Positions 38,583 to 49,526 of a DNA stretch of 64,000 nt are shown here, piece by piece. A program made the position numbers and the translations under genes. The stretch is from the NCBI GenBank assembly GCA_963666215.2, contig CAXWPL010000004.1:896001-960000 (forward strand), written 5' to 3'. The notes under the pieces are model-generated. The model saw nothing but the letters and a program-made list of their open reading frames with translations, did not search any database and was not told the DNA's origin. The stretch's first letter is position 1, and each line of letters begins with the position of its first letter. This stretch comes from Acidobacteriota bacterium (lineage in GTDB: Bacteria > Acidobacteriota > UBA890 > WLXD01).

Positions 38583-40655
38583 CCAGGCGACTACGACGCT
38601 CGAGAATCGCACAGCGTTCTTCGGCAACTTCTATTTCTTGATGAACCTGGCAGCGTTCGTGGTGCAGCTGCTGATCACGTCGCAGGTGCATCGGTTCATG
38701 GGCATCGGCGTGGCGCTCGCGGTGCTGCCGGTCGCCATGGCAGGCGGCACCGCGGCGGTGCTGCTGGCGGGTGCCTTCGCCCCGGCGTTTCTGCTCTCTG
38801 CAGCGCTGTCGCTGAAGGTGGCCGAGAACGGCATTCGGTACTCGATCGACCAGTCGACCCGCGAGCTGCTGTTCTTGCCGGTTCCGTCGGCGACGCGTCG
38901 CCGCGCGAAGGCCACCATCGATGTCTTCATCCAGCGCTTCGGGAAGGGTGTGGCGGCGTTCCTGCTGCTGCCGGTGTTCCTGGGGTGGATGCCGGCGATC
39001 CAGGCGGGATGGCTGTCGTTCATCCTGATCGCTGTGTGGCTCGTGGTCACCGGCCGCATGCGCGACGAGTACGTCCGGTCGTTCCGCGACGGTCTGCGGG
39101 CGGTCACTGTCGATCCACGTGTGCCGGTCGATGTCTCCGACGCCACCAGCTTGCTGGTGCTGGTGCAGTCGCTCGACAGCGACGATGCCAACCAGGTGCT
39201 CCGCAGCCTGGACCTGATCGACCACCACGAAAAGGGCGAGCTCGTACCGCTGCTATTGCTCAGCCACCCCGACGCACGCGTGCGGAGACGCGCGCTGCAG
39301 GTTGCCGTCTGGGCCGGGCGTCCGGATGTGGTGGGGCGGATCGAGCCTTGCCTTGCCTCGCCGACGACGACATCGATGTGCGCGTGGAAGCGTTGCGGGC
39401 GCTCGCCGGGCTGCGCGGCCGTGACGCCGTTGCAATGATGACGCCGCGCCTGAGCGACCCGAACCCGAGGATACGGGCCGTGGCGATTGCTTCGATTGCC
39501 ACCGACCGCGAGTCGGCGGAGAACGAGGACGTCGCCGCGGCGATCGACGGCATGATGCGCGATGACGACTGGGAAACGCGCGCCGAGATCGCTGCCTTGC
39601 TTGGTCAGATCCCCGAGCCGAGCTACCAGAACGAGCTGTTAGGTCTGCTCTACGATGGCGAGCCGCGCGTTGCTCTTGCGGCGCTCGCCTCGATCCGCGA
39701 GCGTATTGAGCGCGGCGGCTTCAACCCCGTCTACCTGCCGACCCTCATCTCGCTCCTGCGTGTGCGTCGCCTCAAGCACGAGGCGCGCGACGCGCTGGTG
39801 GAGATCGGCGAGCCCGCGGTGCGGGCGCTCGTTCATTTCATGAACGACACCGAGGAGGCGTTCTGGGTCCGTCGCGCGGTTCCCAAGACCCTCGCTCGCA
39901 TCGGTACACGCGCCGCGGTACGCGCACTCGAGGCTCGGCTCGACGGCGACGACGCCTTCCAGCGCCGCAAGGTGATCGAGGCACTCGGAAGTGTGCACTC
40001 GGCCGCAGATGTCGACATCGACGGCGAGCTGGTCGAGCAGCGTGTGGTGGCCGAAACGCGCACCTACTTGCGGTACCTCGCCGACCTTCAGGTTCTCGGG
40101 CTGCACGCTAGCGACGGCGCAGTGTTCCGCGGTCCGCAGCTCACGTGGAGTGGGCGAGCGCCGACGTTGCTGCACAGTCTGCTGGCGAGCCGTCTCGCGG
40201 GCCAGGTGCGCCACGTATTCGGATTGCTCGCCTTGATCGAGTCGCGCCAAGACGTGTGGGCAGCGTACTACGGGCTCGTCGGCCCCAACCCGGCGCTGCG
40301 CACCCACGCGCTCGAGTACCTCGACAACGCGCTCTCGGGGGATGTGAGGCGTACCGTCTTTCTCGCCATTGATGACCTGACTCCCACCGAGCGCTTCGGG
40401 CGTGCTGAAGCGCAGCTTGGCATCACCTCCGACTCCCAGCCCGCGACGTTGCGCCGGATCTTCAGCGAGCGCGTGGAGGGAGACCCAGACTACCCTTGGC
40501 TGGCCGCGGCGGCCGTGCATGCCACGTACGCGTTGCAGGTGCAGTCGCTTCATGCCGAGGTGAAACGCATGGCCGACGCCGACCCCGACCCGCTGGTGTG
40601 CGAGACCGCCGCTTGGGTCGTCGATCGGCTATCCGAGGAAAGTGAATCCCGATGA
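38581..40655 (+). pseudogene. Npt/TLC-type nucleotide transporter-HEAT repeat fusion, 5'-truncated and frameshifted
   Basis: RTAFFGNFY...RYSIDQSTRELLFLPV...KATIDVFIQRFGKG, then HEAT repeats; 5-nt GCCTT duplication at 39345-39354. Confidence 0.8.
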
Positions 40656-41146
40656 GCGAGCTCGCCCAGATCGAGAAAGTCGTGTTCCTGCAGAGCGTTG
40701 ATCTGTTCGCCTTCTGCTCCGCCGACGAGGTTCTGCGATTGGCGGCGTTGGCTCAGGAGCGCCGCTACGAAGAAGACGAAGTGATCTACCGCGAACACGA
40801 GGCGGCCGACGCGCTGTACTTTGTGTTCGACGGCGAAGTTGTGCTCAAGGATAGGGGCCGGGAGCTGCGGCGCGAGGCGCGTGGCGGATCCTTCGGCGCC
40901 CTCGAGATTCTCAGTGGCCAGCGGCGTGGTGCCGATGCGCAGGCTGTCAGTGCGTGTCTGTTGCTGGACATCGAGGCGGAGGAGTTCTTCGACCTGCTGT
41001 CGAACAACATCGAGATCGTCAAGGCGCTCTTCCGAACTCTTGCCGCCGGTGCAGGGCACGCCGACGGCGTAGGAGGGATTGGCGGGCTCGGCGAAACAAG
41101 TGAAGCCACTTCTCGAACAACCGGAGGCGCTCCGAGCACAGCGTGA
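40652..41146 (+). CDS. Cyclic nucleotide-binding domain protein
   Basis: IEKVVFLQSVDLF, LYFVFDGEV, FGALEIL...R.ADA; ATGA coupling to the upstream gene. Confidence 0.85.
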   Translation: MSELAQIEKVVFLQSVDLFAFCSADEVLRLAALAQERRYEEDEVIYREHEAADALYFVFDGEVVLKDRGRELRREARGGSFGALEILSGQRRGADAQAVSACLLLDIEAEEFFDLLSNNIEIVKALFRTLAAGAGHADGVGGIGGLGETSEATSRTTGGAPSTA

Positions 41147-42036
41147 ACGTCCATCTCATCGACGGCACCTACGAGCTCTTCCGCCATCACTTCGCCGTGC
41201 GTCCATCGCAAGACCGCGATGGCAACGAGGTGGGCGCCGTGCTCGGAGTGGCTTCGTCGATGTTGGGGCTGCTGCGCGACGGAGCCACACACATCGGAGT
41301 GGCCACCGACCACGTGGTGGAGTCGTTCCGCAACCAGATGTGGGCCGATTACAAAACCAGCGCCGGCATGGAGCCGGAGCTCCTGGCGCAGTTCCCCGTG
41401 CTCGAGGAGTTCCTGGCGTCGATGGGTCTCGTGGTTTGGGCGATGGTCGACTACGAGGCCGACGACGCGTTGGCGTCGGCCGCGGCGCGCGCGGCGCGCG
41501 TTGCAGAATCCAGGGGAATCGACAAGATCATCATCTGCACGCCCGATAAGGATCTCAGCCAGTGTGTCGTCGGCGATCGAGTGGTTCAGCTCGATCGACG
41601 CGCCCGCGTGGAGCGCAACGAGGCCGGCGTGATCGAAAAGTTCGGCGTGCCCCCGACGTCGATTACCGACTACCTTGCGCTTGTTGGCGACGCCTCCGAC
41701 GGCTTTCCCGGAGTCCCTGGCTGGGGCGCTAAATCGACGGCAATCGTGCTGGGTCGGTATCTGACCCTGGAGCAAATTCCTCGATCGGCGAACGACTGGG
41801 ACGTCGCCGTGAGGGGGCGCGAGCGCCTCGCGGCCAACCTCGTGGAGCACTGGGAGAACGCGCTGCTGTTTCGTGACCTCGCCACACTGCGCACCGACGC
41901 GCCCGGCTTCGAGGACATCGAGGAGCTGCGCTGGCGTGGACCCGCTCGAGGGTTCGAGGTGCTGTGCGAGCGTCTGGCGGCGGGACGCGTGCTCGAAGAG
42001 GCGCGCTCGTTGGCCAGTGCCAGGGTTGCTGACTAG
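41143..42036 (+). CDS. 5'-3' exonuclease / flap endonuclease
   Basis: LIDGTYELFR, YEADD, DKDLSQ, LVGDASDGFPGVPGWGAK. Confidence 0.9.
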   Translation: MNVHLIDGTYELFRHHFAVRPSQDRDGNEVGAVLGVASSMLGLLRDGATHIGVATDHVVESFRNQMWADYKTSAGMEPELLAQFPVLEEFLASMGLVVWAMVDYEADDALASAAARAARVAESRGIDKIIICTPDKDLSQCVVGDRVVQLDRRARVERNEAGVIEKFGVPPTSITDYLALVGDASDGFPGVPGWGAKSTAIVLGRYLTLEQIPRSANDWDVAVRGRERLAANLVEHWENALLFRDLATLRTDAPGFEDIEELRWRGPARGFEVLCERLAAGRVLEEARSLASARVAD

Positions 42037-42037
42037 C

Positions 42038-42203
42038 TGTGTTCTCGGAGTAGGTTGTTCACTTCGGAGATCAACAGGCGGCCGGGATGCGGAGGATGTT
42101 CTTCGCAGCCCCTCGCTCCCCTCTGCCCTGCCGGCATTGGCATGCAACACCGATGGTTGGGGTCCCAGCGGCGAGTTCGTGAACAACCTCCCGAGAGCTC
42201 ACA
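42038..42203 (+). mobile_element. 166-bp MITE derived from an IS481-family element
   Basis: TGTGTTCTCGGAGTAGGTTGTTCAC...GTGAACAACCTCCCGAGAGCTCACA; flanks ACTAGC/AGTAGC; ends resemble the IS at 60148-61190. Confidence 0.85.
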
Positions 42204-42239
42204 AGTAGCTGGCCTCGTTCGGGACTCGTTCCACCCCGT

Positions 42240-44483
42240 CTAACGACCCGACGTTTCGGCGATGCCGTAGACGTGGTTGATCGTTCGCAGAATCAACACG
42301 CCGTCGGAAATGGCAGGGGTGGCCCAAATCACCTCGCCGACCTCGTTGGAGCTCAGGGGTTGATAGGTCGACCCAGCAGTGGCCACGTGTACGGTGCCGT
42401 CTTCACTCGCGAAGTACAGCTTGCCGTCGGCTGCCACGGGCGAAGCGACGTAGGAACCACCGGTTCCCCCGATGCGCTGGCGGTAGATGATCTCTCCGGT
42501 AGGAGCGTCGTACGCGGTAAGGCGACCGTCGTTGTTGGCGGCGTAGTAGATGCCGCGGTACACCAGCGGCGAGGGAATGTAGATGCCACCGCGGCCCTTG
42601 CTCCAGACGACGTGCTCGTTGGATTCAACGCCCTTCGGTAGCGAGATGTCGCCGACGCCGCCAGGACGGATCACGTAGATGGGTCGAACCGGCGGATAGC
42701 CGGCAGTGACGTACACCAAGCCGTCGGCGATGATCGGCGACGCAACCACAAGCTCGGAGCTCGGCCCCAGCGACCACAGCTCTTCGCCGGTGGCCGGGTT
42801 GTAGCTGCGGATGGTGGTGCCGTTGGTGATGAGCTCGTCGCGAGATCGACCGCGGTAGACCACCGGTGTGGACCAGGTGGGAATCTCGTCGCGCGCCGTA
42901 CGCCAGACCTCCGTGCCGGTTTCCAGATCGTAGGCAGCCAGGAAAGACGTTCCGTCGCCCTGCACGTCGGCCTGCACGATAACGGTGCCGTCGTAGATCA
43001 CCGGCGAGCTCGCATGGCCCCACTGGTAGCCCGGATCGTAGAACCAGCCGGCGTCGAGCACGCCAGTGTCGCGTTCCCACAGAAGCTCGCCGTCGAAGTC
43101 GTAGCACAGCAGCTTGCCGATCGATCCGAAGACGGCAACCACATGTTCCCCGTCGGTAACCGGCGTGGAGTTTGCCTGGCTCGACTTGGGGTGCCGCTTC
43201 ACCTGAGGCTGTCCGCGAAACGCCTCCTTCTCCCACAGGATCTCGCCGCTGCGCTTGTCGAGCGCGTAGACCTTCCAGCTGTGCTCCGAGACGTCGTCCA
43301 CGGGAGCCACGTCGCCGTACAGGCCGATGCGCACGGTATCGTCGCCAGCACTACTGATTGCGGTGGTCAGGAATACGCGATCGCCCCAGACGATTGGACT
43401 CGAATTGGCGAGGCCGGGAAGGGGCGTTTTCCAGAGCACGTTCTGGCCGGTGGCGACGTCCCACTGAGTGGGCGCGCCCTGGCCGTCGCCTACGCCCGTA
43501 CTTCCGTTGCCTCGGAAGCCGGGCCAGTTCGTTGCCTCGGTACGCGGCGCCGCGCGCATCAGGCTCGGGTCCGGGGCGTCGTCGGCACCGTCGTCGGCCT
43601 TCGCCGCGGCCGCGGCGTCGAACGGGACCATCACCAGTGTGCCTTGCGGCCCGCTCACCTCCACCCTTTCCACCAGGCCACCGCGGCCGCCGAACTCCAA
43701 GGTCAGGTCCTCCGACTCGGAACGGAACCGATTCTCGCCGGCGGCTTCGAGCCGCAAGGGAGCCTGTTCGACGAAAGCCACGGTCAACGCAGGCTCATTC
43801 TCGGCCACGGCCACGGCGATCGAGACTTCGGCCTCCTCGTTGCGGTAGCTCCCGACGTAGCCGAGCAGCGCCGAGGCATCGGCCTCATCTTCGGTTGCAT
43901 CGGTTGTATCAGGGGCCGCGGCAACAACATCGCCGGCCTCGATCGCCGTCGTCAGCGCGTCGGTCAGCTCTCCGTGGCCGGCGGTTCGCGCCGCTTGCAG
44001 CGCGCCAGCGGCCGACTCGGCTGACACCAGCCTCGAGTCGAGAGCTGCACGCGCCAGCTGCAGGTTGCCTTGTCGGACGGCGTAGGCGAGCGCTTCATCG
44101 ACACCAGTCGCTCCGGCCTCGATGAGCAACTGGGCGAGGCGCGCGTGGTCGTTCATCAACGTCCACGTGAGCGGCGAGGCGTTGTAGAAGGTGTCTTGTC
44201 GGTTAACGTCGGCGCCGCGCTCCAGCAACAGCCGCACGATATCGGCATGGCCACGATCAGCGGCGAAGAAAAGCGCCGTTGAGCCGTAGCGATTACCGCC
44301 GTTGGGATCGACACCGGCATCGAGCAGCTCGGTCACCCGCGCCAGGTCGCCGGCGCGCGCGGCCTCGCGAAGGGCCTCGCCGAGGTCCTCGGCTTCCTGA
44401 GCTCCCTGAGCTGACGCTCGGTCGAGGCCGACGGGTGCTACAAGTGCGATCAGCGCGATTGACGCGATTCGTACCATCAGCAT
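42240..44483 (-). CDS. Exported ankyrin-repeat plus PQQ-like (BamB-type) beta-propeller protein
   Basis: [13 protein letters not shown] ankyrin repeats; [32 protein letters not shown]; start uncertain. Confidence 0.85.
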   Translation of the reverse strand: MLMVRIASIALIALVAPVGLDRASAQGAQEAEDLGEALREAARAGDLARVTELLDAGVDPNGGNRYGSTALFFAADRGHADIVRLLLERGADVNRQDTFYNASPLTWTLMNDHARLAQLLIEAGATGVDEALAYAVRQGNLQLARAALDSRLVSAESAAGALQAARTAGHGELTDALTTAIEAGDVVAAAPDTTDATEDEADASALLGYVGSYRNEEAEVSIAVAVAENEPALTVAFVEQAPLRLEAAGENRFRSESEDLTLEFGGRGGLVERVEVSGPQGTLVMVPFDAAAAAKADDGADDAPDPSLMRAAPRTEATNWPGFRGNGSTGVGDGQGAPTQWDVATGQNVLWKTPLPGLANSSPIVWGDRVFLTTAISSAGDDTVRIGLYGDVAPVDDVSEHSWKVYALDKRSGEILWEKEAFRGQPQVKRHPKSSQANSTPVTDGEHVVAVFGSIGKLLCYDFDGELLWERDTGVLDAGWFYDPGYQWGHASSPVIYDGTVIVQADVQGDGTSFLAAYDLETGTEVWRTARDEIPTWSTPVVYRGRSRDELITNGTTIRSYNPATGEELWSLGPSSELVVASPIIADGLVYVTAGYPPVRPIYVIRPGGVGDISLPKGVESNEHVVWSKGRGGIYIPSPLVYRGIYYAANNDGRLTAYDAPTGEIIYRQRIGGTGGSYVASPVAADGKLYFASEDGTVHVATAGSTYQPLSSNEVGEVIWATPAISDGVLILRTINHVYGIAETSGR

Positions 44484-44541
44484 CGCTGGCGCCGCGCTAG
44501 GGAAGCGCCCGCCGTCGGCATCGTTGTTGTTCGTCCATCTT

Positions 44542-45498
44542 CTAGTCACGGTAGTGGACTCCCGGAAGCACGCAGAGCATCTCGAACAGGAAGTTCGCCC
44601 CAATCAGCGCTGTGTTGCCAGTGGTGTCGTACGGCGGTGACACCTCCACGAGGTCTGCGCCGACGATATCGAGCCCGCGGCATCCGCGGATGATCTCGAG
44701 CCCTTGAGGGGTCGTCAGGCCACCAATCTCTGGCGTGCCGGTTCCGGGCGCCAGTCCTGGGTCGAGGCTGTCGATGTCGTAGGTCAGGTACACTGGCCCA
44801 TCGCCAACCTGCTCGCGCACCTCTTCCATCAACGGCGTTAGCGACCGGTGCCAGCACTCCTGGGCCAGAACGACGCGAAAACCGCGCTCCCGGCCCCAGT
44901 CGAAGTCGTCGGCCCCATAGCCGCTGCCGCGAAGGCCAATTTGGACGACCCGCGAGGGTTCGATCAACTGCTCCTCGACCGCGCGGCGGAACGGCGAGCC
45001 GTGGTAGATCTTTTCGCCCAGCAAGCTGTCGGTAACATCGGCGTGAGCGTCGACGTGGATCAGGCCCACGGGGCCGTAGCGCTTCTTCATCGCTCGCAGA
45101 ATCGGCAGCGCGATCGTGTGGTCGCCTCCAAGCGTCAGTGTACGGCAGCCATTGGCAATCAGATCGTCGTAGAAACCCTCGATGATCTCGACGCTGCGTC
45201 CGAGGTTGAACGGCACGATGGGTGCGTCGCCCACATCGGCAACCTGCAGGCTGTCGAACGGAGCCGCGTCGGTCGCCACGTTGAAGGGCCGCAGGAGCGA
45301 CGATTCGGCACGAATCTGGCGCGGCCCGAAGCGTGTACCGGGGCGATTTGACGTTCCGGTGTCGATTGGGACCCCCACAAAACATGCATCGAGGCCGTCG
45401 GCGCCCACCTGCGTGGGCAATCGCAGCATGGTTGACGGTCCGCCGAAACGGACCAATTCGTTTCCACCAAGGGGTTGATTGAGCCGTCGGTCATCCAT
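44542..45498 (-). CDS. speB: Agmatinase / guanidinobutyrase (ureohydrolase family)
   Basis: GGDHT, DAHAD, DIDSLDP.LAPGTGTP, VEVSPPYD. Confidence 0.9.
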   Translation of the reverse strand: MDDRRLNQPLGGNELVRFGGPSTMLRLPTQVGADGLDACFVGVPIDTGTSNRPGTRFGPRQIRAESSLLRPFNVATDAAPFDSLQVADVGDAPIVPFNLGRSVEIIEGFYDDLIANGCRTLTLGGDHTIALPILRAMKKRYGPVGLIHVDAHADVTDSLLGEKIYHGSPFRRAVEEQLIEPSRVVQIGLRGSGYGADDFDWGRERGFRVVLAQECWHRSLTPLMEEVREQVGDGPVYLTYDIDSLDPGLAPGTGTPEIGGLTTPQGLEIIRGCRGLDIVGADLVEVSPPYDTTGNTALIGANFLFEMLCVLPGVHYRD

Positions 45499-45761
45499 GC
45501 CCGCAGGGTCTCACGAGCAGCCCGGCCAGGCGATCCCGCGGCGCTTGGGAATCCCCGTTCGCATCAGAGTGCGACCAGGGCCTGGGCCGGACGCGATTAG
45601 CTACGTATGGGTTCTATATATACCGGTTTTATACTATATCCAACGATAAATGGCGACGGATTATCTGTGATCAAAGGCGCCGTAGAGGCTTGAACAGCCG
45701 ACATCGGTTAAATAATATTTACTAGTATGTTTTAATATTTGGAACCAATTTTAGATGATCT

Positions 45762-46040
45762 ATGGTGTCGTTTCCGAGCGGCCCGTCCGGTATGACCCGG
45801 TTGACGCTCACAATCGAAGACGCAACACTCAAAAAAGGCTGCTGCGACATCATCACGATGACGCAAGCGCAGGTGAGCGACGGCGTGAGCATGGGGACGT
45901 CGATCACGTTCCCAAGCCCGGGACTTGACATCGCCGACGCACAGTGGCGTCACTTTCTGTTCGATTTCGATATCACAGGAGCGACGATCTCCGGCAAATA
46001 CCAGAAGGCCAAGGTGCGGCTGACGGCGGAGAATCTGTAG
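45762..46040 (+). other. Orphan ORF or gene remnant after an AT-rich patch
   Basis: No RBS; in-frame stops just upstream; composition differs from neighbours. Confidence 0.3.
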
Positions 46041-46055
46041 GGGCGGTCGCCCCTC

Positions 46056-46976
46056 TTGGCGCCGCGGGTGCCACCAGATGAACGATCGCGTTACGCTGGG
46101 TCGATGTCGTTCGATCCGTTTGATGATCCGCTCGCCGGCAAGCTCAGTCGTCGGTCGCTCTTTGCCGCCAGCATGCTCGTAGGCCCGCGCCGCCCGAGTC
46201 CGACGCCGGCGCGTCGAAAGCTGGAGCGTGTAGGGCTGCAGCTGTACACCGTCCGCGACCGCATGGTGGTTGACGTGGGCGCAACGCTCGCCCGCGTGGC
46301 CGAGATTGGCTATCGCGAAGTCGAGTTCGCGGGTTACTTCGATCGCTCAGCGGAAGAGCTCCGCGATCTTCTCGACGGCCTCGGGCTCACGGCCGTGGCC
46401 GCGCACGTGTCACTGGAAGAGATGCGCGACGACGCGGCGGGCCAAATTGCTGCGGCGCGCACCCTCGGCATGCGCTACGTGATTGTTTCGTGGATCGAAG
46501 AGGCCGATCAGCAGACGCTCGCCGACTACGAGGCGATTGCCGACGAGCTCAATCAATTGGGTGAGCGTTGTCGCGAGGCCAGCCTGCGGTTCGGGTACCA
46601 CAACCACGCCTTCGAATTCGAGGTTCCGCCCGGGCAAGCGACGGAGCGTGTGCCGTACGAGGTGCTGCTCGAGCGTACGGATCCCGAGCTGGTGACGATG
46701 GAGCTCGATCTCTTCTGGGTTGTGAAGGGCGACCGCGAGCCGCTCGACCTGTTGGCGCGCCACCCCGGTCGGTTCTCGCTCTGCCACGTGAAAGACATGG
46801 ACGCCGCGGGCGCGATGGTCGATGTCGGCGCTGGCCAGATCGACTTCGCCGAGATTTTCAGAGCAGCCGAGCAGGGCGGGCTCGAGCACTACTTCGTGGA
46901 GCACGACGAACCCGACGACTCGTTTGCCAGTGTTGCGGCGAGCTACGCCTATCTCGACGACCTGGAGATCTCGTAG
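46056..46976 (+). CDS. Sugar phosphate isomerase/epimerase (AP-endonuclease-2 TIM barrel)
   Basis: GLQLYTVRD, YHNHAFEF, MELDLFW, HVKD, VEHD; degenerate Tat-like SRRSL. Confidence 0.9.
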   Translation: MAPRVPPDERSRYAGSMSFDPFDDPLAGKLSRRSLFAASMLVGPRRPSPTPARRKLERVGLQLYTVRDRMVVDVGATLARVAEIGYREVEFAGYFDRSAEELRDLLDGLGLTAVAAHVSLEEMRDDAAGQIAAARTLGMRYVIVSWIEEADQQTLADYEAIADELNQLGERCREASLRFGYHNHAFEFEVPPGQATERVPYEVLLERTDPELVTMELDLFWVVKGDREPLDLLARHPGRFSLCHVKDMDAAGAMVDVGAGQIDFAEIFRAAEQGGLEHYFVEHDEPDDSFASVAASYAYLDDLEIS

Positions 46977-47079
46977 TCGGCTCGCCGGTGACAGGCGTAC
47001 TTCTTGACGGGTCTCTCAGCCGCGCACTAGGGTGCGTTTGCCCGACGTAGTCGAGCTCGTATCTTCCGCCGAGGATCGC

Positions 47080-48780
47080 ATGGACGTCATTCGCCAACGC
47101 CAGCAGGTCGACGTTTGCATCGTCGGTTCCGGCGCCGGCGGTGGCATGGCCGCAAAGGTCCTGACCGAGGCCGGCGCCGACGTGGTGATGCTCGAGGCCG
47201 GGGTCATGTGGGACCCCGTGGAAGACAGCGCCATGCTTGCCTGGCCGTACGACTCGCCGCGACGCGGGTCGGCGACTCCGGAGCGTCAATTCGGCGAATT
47301 CGACGCCGGGCTCGGCGGTTGGACGCTCGAGGGTGAGCCCTACACAACCGCCGATGACGACGACTTCGACTGGTTCCGCGTGCGTATGCTCGGTGGTCGC
47401 ACCAACCACTGGGGCCGCATCTCGCTGCGCTTCGGTCCCGACGATTTCAAGGCGCGCTCCAACGACGGGCTCGGCGACGATTGGCCGATATCCTACGACG
47501 ACATCTCGCCGTACTACGACGCCGTCGATCAGCTGGTTGGCATCTTCGGCTCGCGCGAAGGGTTGCCGAACGACCCGGACGGCCACTTCATGCCGCCGCC
47601 TCAACCGCGCTGCTGGGAGCAGCTGATCAAGCGCTCGGCCGACGACCTGGGAATCACCTGCATTCCGTCGCGGCTTTCGATTCTTACTCAGCCGCTCGGC
47701 GATCGAGTTGCCTGCCATTATTGCGGCCAGTGCAACCGCGGCTGTGGAACGCATTCGAACTTCTCGACACCGTCCGTGCTGTTGCCGCCGGCGATGGCTA
47801 CCGGGAAGCTGCGCATCATCGCCAACGCCATGGCCCGAGAGGTCACCGTGGACGATCGCGGGATGGCGACCGGCGTTGCCTACATCAACAAGAGCAGCGG
47901 GCGCGAGGAACACATCCGGGCCCGCGTCGTGGTTCTGGCGGCGTCTGCCTGTGAGTCGGCCCGCATGCTGCTCAACTCCAAGTCTGAGCACTTTCCCGAC
48001 GGGTTGGCGAACGGCTCCGGCACCGTTGGCAAGTACCTGACGGATACGACGGGAACCGATGTTGCCGGCTTCATCCCGGGGCTGGTCGATGGTGTGCCGC
48101 ACAACGAGGACGGCGTGGGCGGTGCGCATCTGTACATGCCGTGGTGGGTCGACAACCGCAAGCTCGACTTTCCGCGCGGCTACCACATCGAGATCTGGGG
48201 CGGCCGCGGCATGCCGGGCTACGGCTTCATGGGCGGCATTCATCGCTTCCCCGGCGGCGGCGGCGGCTACGACCGCGATCTCAAGCAGCTCTATCGCGCC
48301 TACTATGGTTCGGTGGTCGGCTTTTCCGGCCGCGGCGAGATGATTCCCAACGAGGACTCGTTCTGCGAGATCGATCCGAACGTTGTCGATAGGTGGGGCA
48401 TCCCCGTGCTGCGGTTTCATTTCAAGTGGACCGACCACGAGACGTTGCAGGTGAAGCACATGCAGGAGACCTTCCGCGAGCTCATCGAGCACATGGGCGG
48501 CACTCCCTTCGGCTCGATGCCCGGTGCCGAGAACGGTTACGGGATTGCTCCGGGCGGCCGGATTATTCACGAGCTCGGCGTCACTCGCATGGGCGACAGC
48601 CCGCGCTCCTCGGTGCTGAACTCGAACTGCCAGGCGCACGAGGTGAAGAACCTGTTCGTTGCTGACGGCGGGCCGTTCGTTTCGCAGGCGAACAAGAACC
48701 CGACATGGACGATCCTGGCGCTGGCCATGCGCACGAGCGAATACATCGCCGAACAGAGCCGGCAAGGAGCTCTCGGGTGA
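47080..48780 (+). CDS. GMC oxidoreductase (glycoside 3-dehydrogenase-like flavoprotein)
   Basis: IVGSGAGGG, GGRTNHWGR, CHYCGQCNRGC, HELG..RMG, NPTWTILALA; GAGGA RBS. Confidence 0.9.
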   Translation: MDVIRQRQQVDVCIVGSGAGGGMAAKVLTEAGADVVMLEAGVMWDPVEDSAMLAWPYDSPRRGSATPERQFGEFDAGLGGWTLEGEPYTTADDDDFDWFRVRMLGGRTNHWGRISLRFGPDDFKARSNDGLGDDWPISYDDISPYYDAVDQLVGIFGSREGLPNDPDGHFMPPPQPRCWEQLIKRSADDLGITCIPSRLSILTQPLGDRVACHYCGQCNRGCGTHSNFSTPSVLLPPAMATGKLRIIANAMAREVTVDDRGMATGVAYINKSSGREEHIRARVVVLAASACESARMLLNSKSEHFPDGLANGSGTVGKYLTDTTGTDVAGFIPGLVDGVPHNEDGVGGAHLYMPWWVDNRKLDFPRGYHIEIWGGRGMPGYGFMGGIHRFPGGGGGYDRDLKQLYRAYYGSVVGFSGRGEMIPNEDSFCEIDPNVVDRWGIPVLRFHFKWTDHETLQVKHMQETFRELIEHMGGTPFGSMPGAENGYGIAPGGRIIHELGVTRMGDSPRSSVLNSNCQAHEVKNLFVADGGPFVSQANKNPTWTILALAMRTSEYIAEQSRQGALG

Positions 48781-49469
48781 CGGATCTCGATCGGCGAAGG
48801 GTTCTCGGCCTGCTGGCGTCGGCGCCCGCGGCGCTCGCGTGGCGGCCCGCCGATGTGCTGCTGGCCGGCGATCGGTCGAGGGCCGCGAGGCAGGCAGCCG
48901 TTGCGGCGGGTGCGGTCTACGAGCCGCGCTTCTTCACCGCCCACGAGTACCGAACCGTGCGCGTTCTCGTGGACCTCATCCTTCCGGCCGACGAGCGCTC
49001 CGGGTCGGCAACCGATGCCGGCGTCCCGGAGTTCATGGACTTCATGATGACCGACCAGGAGCGGCAACAGGTGCCGATGCGCGGTGGTCTTGCGTGGGTC
49101 GACATCGAATGCCGTGAACGGTACGGCGCCGAGTTCGTGGATTGCGCTAGCGAACAACAACACGAGCTTCTCGGCTTGCTGGCGTGGGGCTACCCCGATG
49201 CATCGGATCAACCTGAAGAGCTGGATCTCGCGCAATCCGACGACTCAGATGACGATGACTCGTCGATTCGGCCGACTCCGCTGCCTCCGGTGAGCTCCCT
49301 CAGTCATGGAATCGCGTTCTTCAACCGCTTCCGCGACCTCACCGCCACCGGCTTCTGGACCACCGAGATGGGCATCACAGACCTGCAGTACGACGGCAAC
49401 CGCTTCACCCGCTGGCGTGGCTGTCCCGACGAGCAGCTCCGGAAGCGGGGTCTCATCGAGGAGGCGTGA
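48777..49469 (+). CDS. Gluconate 2-dehydrogenase subunit 3 family (Tat) protein
   Basis: DRRRVL Tat-like motif, ILPADERSGSATDAGVPEFMD, FRDLTATGFWT; GTGA overlap. Confidence 0.88.
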   Translation: MTDLDRRRVLGLLASAPAALAWRPADVLLAGDRSRAARQAAVAAGAVYEPRFFTAHEYRTVRVLVDLILPADERSGSATDAGVPEFMDFMMTDQERQQVPMRGGLAWVDIECRERYGAEFVDCASEQQHELLGLLAWGYPDASDQPEELDLAQSDDSDDDDSSIRPTPLPPVSSLSHGIAFFNRFRDLTATGFWTTEMGITDLQYDGNRFTRWRGCPDEQLRKRGLIEEA

Positions 49470-49526
49470 GCCAGGCAGCTCAGCGGCGAGCTCACCCTCG
49501 TACAGCGAGTCAGCCTGGACACCAAT

